Shown here: piece after piece, positions 60,201 to 64,000 of the stretch
Numbering within the stretch: position 1 is the first letter of the stretch
Layout of the letters: each line of letters opens with the position of its first letter
Source of the DNA: a virus
DNA length: 64,000 nucleotides
Virus record (IMG/VR): IMGVR_UViG_3300033148_003679
Coordinates: 20,324-84,323 of that record
Direction: 5' to 3' (one strand)
Translations under genes and position numbers: made by a program
Notes under the pieces: model-generated
What the model saw: the letters and a program-made list of their open reading frames with translations, nothing else
The model's database searches: none
Told to the model about the DNA's origin: nothing

Positions 60201-60367
60201 TCGGCATGTAGAATACACCAGTCTTCGGTCAAATACTCTTCTTTTATATAATCTGCTAACCGTCGTCTCTTTTTTGTAAACGGAACGAATTTGGTTTTAC
60301 GGCCAGCAGGATCGAACGGGTCTGGAATGATCCGAACTACAATGTCACCCGGTCTATATGTTGACAT
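54254..60367 (-). CDS. Tail tip / host-specificity protein (lambda gpJ-like, with a gpI-like N-terminus and C-terminal fibre)
   Basis: PTYGW...PVPVLYGE...LGLCEGPV, YPYTALV, NPFYCLYDFL...RYGAG, FN3-like repeats, G.V.IG fibre repeats. Confidence 0.9.
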   Translation of the reverse strand: MSTYRPGDIVVRIIPDPFDPAGRKTKFVPFTKKRRRLADYIKEEYLTEDWCILHAETGKIAVEDYESYQVERNDSFVVIPAVKEPISILATIGTAMGVIGTTTSAAGIVSYSFGLGNLLATGFWALSAYSVYAALTYEPPETHRQSPTYGWESVRTVASTQGPVPVLYGEQYLGGNIINMFVEMDGDEQKLNVMLGLCEGPVESVAGYTEDTDFEDTDISAIGSKILINQQPISNFTGCEVAVRMGTHTQTYVPGYEHVYYYRSFTHKLEKNKVWDLPEGTSSGENINAIKIHYRVPYMYRTGLSSPTKAVGPHAVIVEFRLKSDSGDDSKWMRARWSTGAPDYTTWYQTTLEEAVTEGQTSLKVGSIEPFYGDGGKKNHWVEGWGYDGGYTTYTNALINMASIIMPTTGKPYWGYSDTFVFGSLKQKNDETENEIRDITSFTGNEEHEHVFTHEYNTGDELSVFAADKIFDFQMSTVPIRRIITYPFYDSDGNLTSGEYDVRIIKASPDSVTAHDTETEMALYVDGITEVRWEDDYGSDPLTYPYTALVAIRALAQKNLQGSMPQITTLVKGLKVDTVPGTPGAKVYSENPFYCLYDFLSNDRYGAGQFLTTTEINDTQTIVAGNYADEDVIKYDDTGSLETRHKIGIAIDTVQSATDVVKSICSSFLAWPIWSGSEVFFVPDKVTTPTMIFSAGNVKETVINESFVSNKETHNMVTVQFRDEDNQWEPDEVTVIDQTSIQAGNPIQHSTINAPGIVRRTEALRFARHIINTEKNLPRITKFTTTTSALGVMAGDVFGISRDISPDWREYSGTVKSSTNGATGEPASFIAWEDIGPITINTGETLEIRTQIRSDDTIVEKDLDHSQFDGGAIVSAGSNVYLADGEVWDTDQLPLHGCPYAIGKSGANVEVVKLFRVLTIQKNSNHEIEITATEYSDDIYDATSVIEIDNTGYLPESDDLPAVTDVTFGDSGHMGDDGTWVPSVQVSWSGIDENTTWFDYFVIYRHVRPAGDTYTPTDDQYRLCTGRIDENRYEMESACWFGVGDEIFVKVVPVWRHIGWISGRGKLASATAFHHTVADPSLPPDDVYFKHSDVITGSEDFCHFRHNYVYLSWTEADSKDLAWYELRVDPVTGTEWGDDDDTSLIYKGKDTHFMWENFSDDPYDVEFTFYVKARNTFGKYSENASVLTLINFYPTAPAELHLESVPFGIMVYWLAHQVDENGDPAYDFSHFRVYLNTDSPATDGDRIDIPCDSLRVSDDSQKSVALPCTAGTKYHVDVSTVDVFGQESELAGEQSIVAGYVRPSHVEFNIPVFTNLKWTSDDPAGSVSWNVKNTGSIEVEYVNTSGNHVSGTVEVNSTDKRYIYWDSWEPDEFKVTDDKSIIYDSGDPPTGEVVQDRWLVCINDGGTAYPAEANRLQHAGLLQADTVTATEIAAQAIVTEKLDTGLSITGSFVTSGSYLSEATDADDTEVNAGDSTDFDSDPPTGGANAYIIHNGTGEINSFTYTGISGNQLTGCSGVLANPVNSLMYPAEQIVAYSRARGEMLFYGDRGDGTVEELATIGITSHNGDFVIGHFGSADSRKQGLIGRSKSLTGVRGISTTSVGVSGSSESFHGVRGYSVSGFAGYFTTLAGDNALRVESVLVFDDRATTPSNVANQGKVYVKSTDGLLYYLDELGNEYDLTVAASAGGWWSKAGTVVYYTGGHVAIGVTDAPHGGIGEATLAIDGTDHVGIQITESTDDYPRFAIHAPNRSGSVGLLFDAYADGATVKSSDTGSNFGIMKTAADNLNIVYDSGVAQGNEITWNIGIQLTSGGKMGIGIAPGTNLHVNGNAWFGGTPTTVTRLYAQGIGENVNILLDANTSSKIAQLRFEDSSNAGTNQGGLILDRTSSVITGSARNDLVMQVVGTNNLHLASDGVSRLMVADTGEVCISGGIQLDGSTTFKIEFIEHTVTAGEATAGTFEESWTKGDADDIMWIGLGKKDASSGIFHGQDYYSTSPSNNDFGMTVRWNDDDQMIDVFEGRTGWQENDVVKITIIYKV

Positions 60368-60788
60368 ATGCCGTTTCCTTAAACCTGAAAAACCCTTTAA
60401 CTCTAAGCGAATATATAGGATGGGTCAGTTTGTATACAACTACACCGTCTATATCTGTACAATGAATAAACTCTTGAGAATTAAGCATTGTACCGATATG
60501 TATCCCTGGTTTTGTTATAGGAATAAACGTTACTAAATCGCCCAGTCTAACAGCAACTCGATCAATTTCTTTGACATGTTTATAGAAGTTTTCGGCCCAG
60601 ACAGCGGCGGCAACGGAAGTCTCGTAATGATAATCTGGTACTAGAACACCTCGTTCTCGTGCAATTGCTTGCATAAGACCAAAACAGTCGAACCCGTTAC
60701 GTATAGACCGGCCACCGTCTATAAACTTTATACCCAGATATTTTTGTACAATCTGTTTCGGATCAAGTTCAGTTCTCATAATCGCCAA
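60354..60788 (-). CDS. NlpC/P60 tail assembly protein (gpK-like)
   Basis: GFDCFGL...GDLV...HIG...FIH. Confidence 0.88.
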   Translation of the reverse strand: MAIMRTELDPKQIVQKYLGIKFIDGGRSIRNGFDCFGLMQAIARERGVLVPDYHYETSVAAAVWAENFYKHVKEIDRVAVRLGDLVTFIPITKPGIHIGTMLNSQEFIHCTDIDGVVVYKLTHPIYSLRVKGFFRFKETAYVNI

Positions 60789-61444
60789 AACCGTTTAGAC
60801 GGTATTCCCGGGAACCCGCCGAACCTTTCTCTATTTCCATGAACTCTACAATTAGTTTCGGATCTGTCACATGTCCCGTCATCTTCGTCCCATGATCCCG
60901 GTTCTGTCGGGTCGCCGTTCCCATCTTCCGGCCAACATCCCAGTCCTTTATACTTAAACTGGCAGAAGTTTCTTGTATACATTCTGCGCGGGACACGAAC
61001 GTTAAGCAGATCGAACCGAGACGTAAGTGTAAATGTCCAAACATCACCTGTCATACTTTCAGGTCTGTTTGCATTATCAATCCAATAAGTGTCTTTTATA
61101 TAAGCATTATCGTCATCGCGGGTATCCCACCATATCTGATATATTTCAACTTTCCGGCCACGTAACCCGTTGTTGGTCTGGATATACGATTCCATTTCGC
61201 GTGAAACGTTACAAACCGTAACAGTAACAGAAGGGATTGATCCGTCTTGCGTTTCTTTTATACTTGTATGCGAAATGTCCCATGGCTTCCACGTTTCACT
61301 GTTCCAACCGGGATCTTCGTCCCAACTGGTTAACCGCAACTCGTCGTCAGGTATACCGGGTACACTTATACGATATAAAAAAACAGGTTTGTTCAGCCTA
61401 TAGTTCTTCCAAAATATAAAGTCACTGTCTAAAGTACGTGGCAT
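60776..61444 (-). CDS. Minor tail protein L-like
   Basis: P.R...CQFKYKG.GC...CDRS...C....N..RFGGFPGI Fe-S motif. Confidence 0.88.
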   Translation of the reverse strand: MPRTLDSDFIFWKNYRLNKPVFLYRISVPGIPDDELRLTSWDEDPGWNSETWKPWDISHTSIKETQDGSIPSVTVTVCNVSREMESYIQTNNGLRGRKVEIYQIWWDTRDDDNAYIKDTYWIDNANRPESMTGDVWTFTLTSRFDLLNVRVPRRMYTRNFCQFKYKGLGCWPEDGNGDPTEPGSWDEDDGTCDRSETNCRVHGNRERFGGFPGIPSKRFWRL

Positions 61445-61496
61445 ATCCTATCTCCAGAAAGAAGCATGTTTATATTCGTCCAGACCATATTATTGT

Positions 61497-61838
61497 TTAT
61501 ACAGCACTCCTTTTCTTAAACGACCATGTAACATAATAGCCGCCATTTTCATAACTGGTTTCCATTTGCCCGTCAAACCTTACATGATAAGCTACATCGT
61601 TAAACGGTTCTGTCCACTGAAAAGTATAAAAAGGCCCGGTTTGACTTTCAAAAAATGCTTCGTATTCTTGCATCTGTGCTTTGGTCAAAAACGGCGATTT
61701 GAACGACCATCCGATTACTTTGTTGGAAGACACTACACGTCTATTTTCAAAACCGTTTCTGGCACGCGATATAAGTACATTATACCCTTTAATCTGTTTA
61801 CATGTTTCATAAGCCAAATTAAAAGTTCCGCCAGCCAT
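61497..61838 (-). CDS. Minor tail protein M / distal tail-like
   Basis: G.E.R...FF....G....F.W..P; lies between tape measure and L. Confidence 0.75.
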   Translation of the reverse strand: MAGGTFNLAYETCKQIKGYNVLISRARNGFENRRVVSSNKVIGWSFKSPFLTKAQMQEYEAFFESQTGPFYTFQWTEPFNDVAYHVRFDGQMETSYENGGYYVTWSFKKRSAV

Positions 61839-64000
61839 TATCTGAACTTTCCTTCACGCTTGAACACCTGCCGGGTTACCCCTGCATGTAGACTATCTTT
61901 TGTAATAATGTTTGTTATGACTTCTTCACCCCGTTGTGACGTCATAGCTGCTGGAATAATGTTAGGATCAAAAACTGTTAAGATAGTTATGTTACCTTCC
62001 TGTTTCCCGGCACTTTCGCCTTTTGCAAGGACTCTTTCACCTTTTAACAGATTATAAAGTCCGTCACGAGGTACGTTTGTTATACCGGTATGTCCGAACC
62101 CCGGGGGCAGACCTGCTGTTGCCCCTACAGAACCTGCTCCAATTGTTGCAGCACCCGCACCAGCACTAGCAGATGGTAACACTCCCGCAAAAGCCGCTTT
62201 CATTCCAGCTTTCCATCCAATGCCACCAAGGACTCCGCTCATACCGCCTACAATAGCAGTTGTAGCAAGTTCTGCCAGTACACGCGAAGTAATGTCAAGC
62301 ACCATATTACCCCAAGCTCTAAAAGCGTCACCCAGACTATGCAATTCGCCACGAAACACGTCAGAAAACATTGTGCGAAACGAATTTGACATATCGCGCC
62401 ATATACCCGTATAAATCCGTTTGAGCGGTTTAACTTGTTCTAACAATGTTTCCATGAGATTGAGCTTTTCATCTTTTTCAGGTACTTTAGCCACTCTTTT
62501 ACGGAACGCTTCAAGTTGCACTTCCAGTTGCCGTGCCCCCATCATGTCACCTTTCTGGCGAAGCTCGTCAATCCCTTTAGTCAACCGTTCTACTTCTTCA
62601 TTGAACAGACGGGTAGTAATTATTCCTTGTTCTTCCCATTTGAACAAAGTCTTGTCAGACGCAAATCGTTGTACTCGTTCCCGAGCCGTTTCGAGCTGTT
62701 CTTGCAGTTGCGTTAGTCCAAGAATAGCAGAGATACTTCGTTTATCTTCCGGCATAGAACTTAACTCTTGTATTCTTGACTTTATATTGGCTATTTCTTC
62801 GTTAAGCATTTTCATTGTACGTACATCAATGCCTAAAGCAGCAGTCTCAAAGAGTACCAGTTCAGACGTTGTATGCCCTAACAATTTCATCTCCCTTTCA
62901 AGATTTCTTATATCTGCCGTCAACACTACATACGCATCTGAAGTCTTATCAACTTTTTCTCTTGCAGCAATGAAATTCTCCCGTTGTTTTTTTAGTTCAG
63001 CAACAAGTTTGCTACTCATTTCTATTGATGTTTCTTCTATTCCATGAAGAGTATTATACGCTTCTTTTCTCTCTTCAATCTTCAAATTCAATTCGTGCAT
63101 AAGTGCAAGTAATGTTTCTTCAGCTTCTTGTTTCACCTTAGGAGCTAAAACCATTTTCTCGCCAAAAAGTCCTATCTCTGCACTAGATTCTAAAATCTCT
63201 TTGGTTCGCTCTATCAACTTTTCAAGTTTCTCGATTTCTTTATCGAATTCCATTGGGATTTTGATACCAAAACCTGCTTCTCCTTCTTGTCTTATTGTCT
63301 GTAACTTTCTCTCAACAACTCCTAAAGTATCTTTTATTCGGTCACCAACTTCGTTATTTAGTTTATCTATTTCTCCGTACATTTCATTCAATACTAATCT
63401 TAGCTTTGTAATCTTCTCATCCATATACTCTATAACTTTTTTCTGCCGTTCACTTAACTCTGCCAGACCTACACGAAGCAATGCAGGAGTGGGATGTTGT
63501 CGCGCATACTGTTCAAAGAGATGTTCTCTTCTTTTTTGCAACTCGTTAATTTCTTTTTCTATGTCAAGAGTTTCCAGTAAAAAGAATTTTCTTTTCGCTT
63601 TCGCAACATCTTTGTCCATACCCATCAGAGTAGGAACAAGTTTACCAAGTTCAGCGGGGCCAAATCTTGCACCACGAAACCTCTCAAAAAAAGCGTCAAG
63701 TTCTTTTTTACTTTTTGCAATTTCTAATTCCCAAGTCACTCTTTCTTTTAAGAGTTTCATTTTAGCGGCTGCGTTTTCAGCTATTCTAGCACTCTCTCTC
63801 ATATACCGGTTTAGAGATTCTATCTCTCTCCCCGTACCTTTTGCAGCACGTCCCAACTTCCATCCAGCAACAGCCGCTGCTGTTATACCTGCTATCCATG
63901 GCGTTAGAATAAGCAAACTTTTTGACAGTAACACGCCAAATTTTAGTATAACTACACCCAGTTTCGTCATGGATAAAAGTGCGAGCTGTGAACCAACCAA
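61838..64000 (-). CDS. Tape measure protein, C-terminal part (starts beyond the window)
   Basis: Long helical Ala/Glu/Lys-rich ORF; terminal HTG...VP.DG...L.KGERV; upstream of M-L-K-J. Confidence 0.88.
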   Translation of the reverse strand: MVGSQLALLSMTKLGVVILKFGVLLSKSLLILTPWIAGITAAAVAGWKLGRAAKGTGREIESLNRYMRESARIAENAAAKMKLLKERVTWELEIAKSKKELDAFFERFRGARFGPAELGKLVPTLMGMDKDVAKAKRKFFLLETLDIEKEINELQKRREHLFEQYARQHPTPALLRVGLAELSERQKKVIEYMDEKITKLRLVLNEMYGEIDKLNNEVGDRIKDTLGVVERKLQTIRQEGEAGFGIKIPMEFDKEIEKLEKLIERTKEILESSAEIGLFGEKMVLAPKVKQEAEETLLALMHELNLKIEERKEAYNTLHGIEETSIEMSSKLVAELKKQRENFIAAREKVDKTSDAYVVLTADIRNLEREMKLLGHTTSELVLFETAALGIDVRTMKMLNEEIANIKSRIQELSSMPEDKRSISAILGLTQLQEQLETARERVQRFASDKTLFKWEEQGIITTRLFNEEVERLTKGIDELRQKGDMMGARQLEVQLEAFRKRVAKVPEKDEKLNLMETLLEQVKPLKRIYTGIWRDMSNSFRTMFSDVFRGELHSLGDAFRAWGNMVLDITSRVLAELATTAIVGGMSGVLGGIGWKAGMKAAFAGVLPSASAGAGAATIGAGSVGATAGLPPGFGHTGITNVPRDGLYNLLKGERVLAKGESAGKQEGNITILTVFDPNIIPAAMTSQRGEEVITNIITKDSLHAGVTRQVFKREGKFR

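Noticed and set aside
39772-60367. Diversity-generating retroelement (paralog pairs as TR/VR)
   Set aside because: No reverse transcriptase in the window, and differences between the paralogs are not adenine-specific.
1-64000. Stop-codon reassignment or prophage boundaries
   Set aside because: Long genes are intact under code 11 and use all three stops; no integrase, att site or host genes were seen.

Overview
A 64-kb segment of a tailed dsDNA phage genome (siphovirus-like, standard genetic code, no integrase or host housekeeping genes seen). Left arm, minus strand (1-10.9 kb): terminase large and small subunits, class II ribonucleotide reductase and two DNA methyltransferases. A repeat-rich strand switch lies at about 11 kb. 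A long plus-strand early/middle region (11.9-50.9 kb) holds many small genes behind strong sigma70-type promoters, including recombination/replication functions (PD-(D/E)XK nuclease, AAA ATPase, SSB-like, ERCC4 nuclease, DinG-like helicase). The right arm, minus strand, carries a lambda-like tail module (tape measure, M, L, K, I/J). The standout feature is at 21.2-23.75 kb: seven arrays of phased GGT-NN pentamers, each closed by a conserved tail, flank a stand-alone RAMP/Cas7-like gene and an accessory gene. Read as codon positions 1+2, the variable dinucleotides give protein-like strings, one resembling the RelE-toxin RLRVGxYRI motif. This suggests an RNA-guided system with a gapped, wobble-skipping targeting code. 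Other oddities: a TatA plus Tat-substrate cassette flanked by a 23-bp direct repeat, a histone-fold-like gene, a TTGACA array, palindromic cassette-like separators and dockerin-tail relics. All family assignments come from motifs recognised by eye; no database searches were run.
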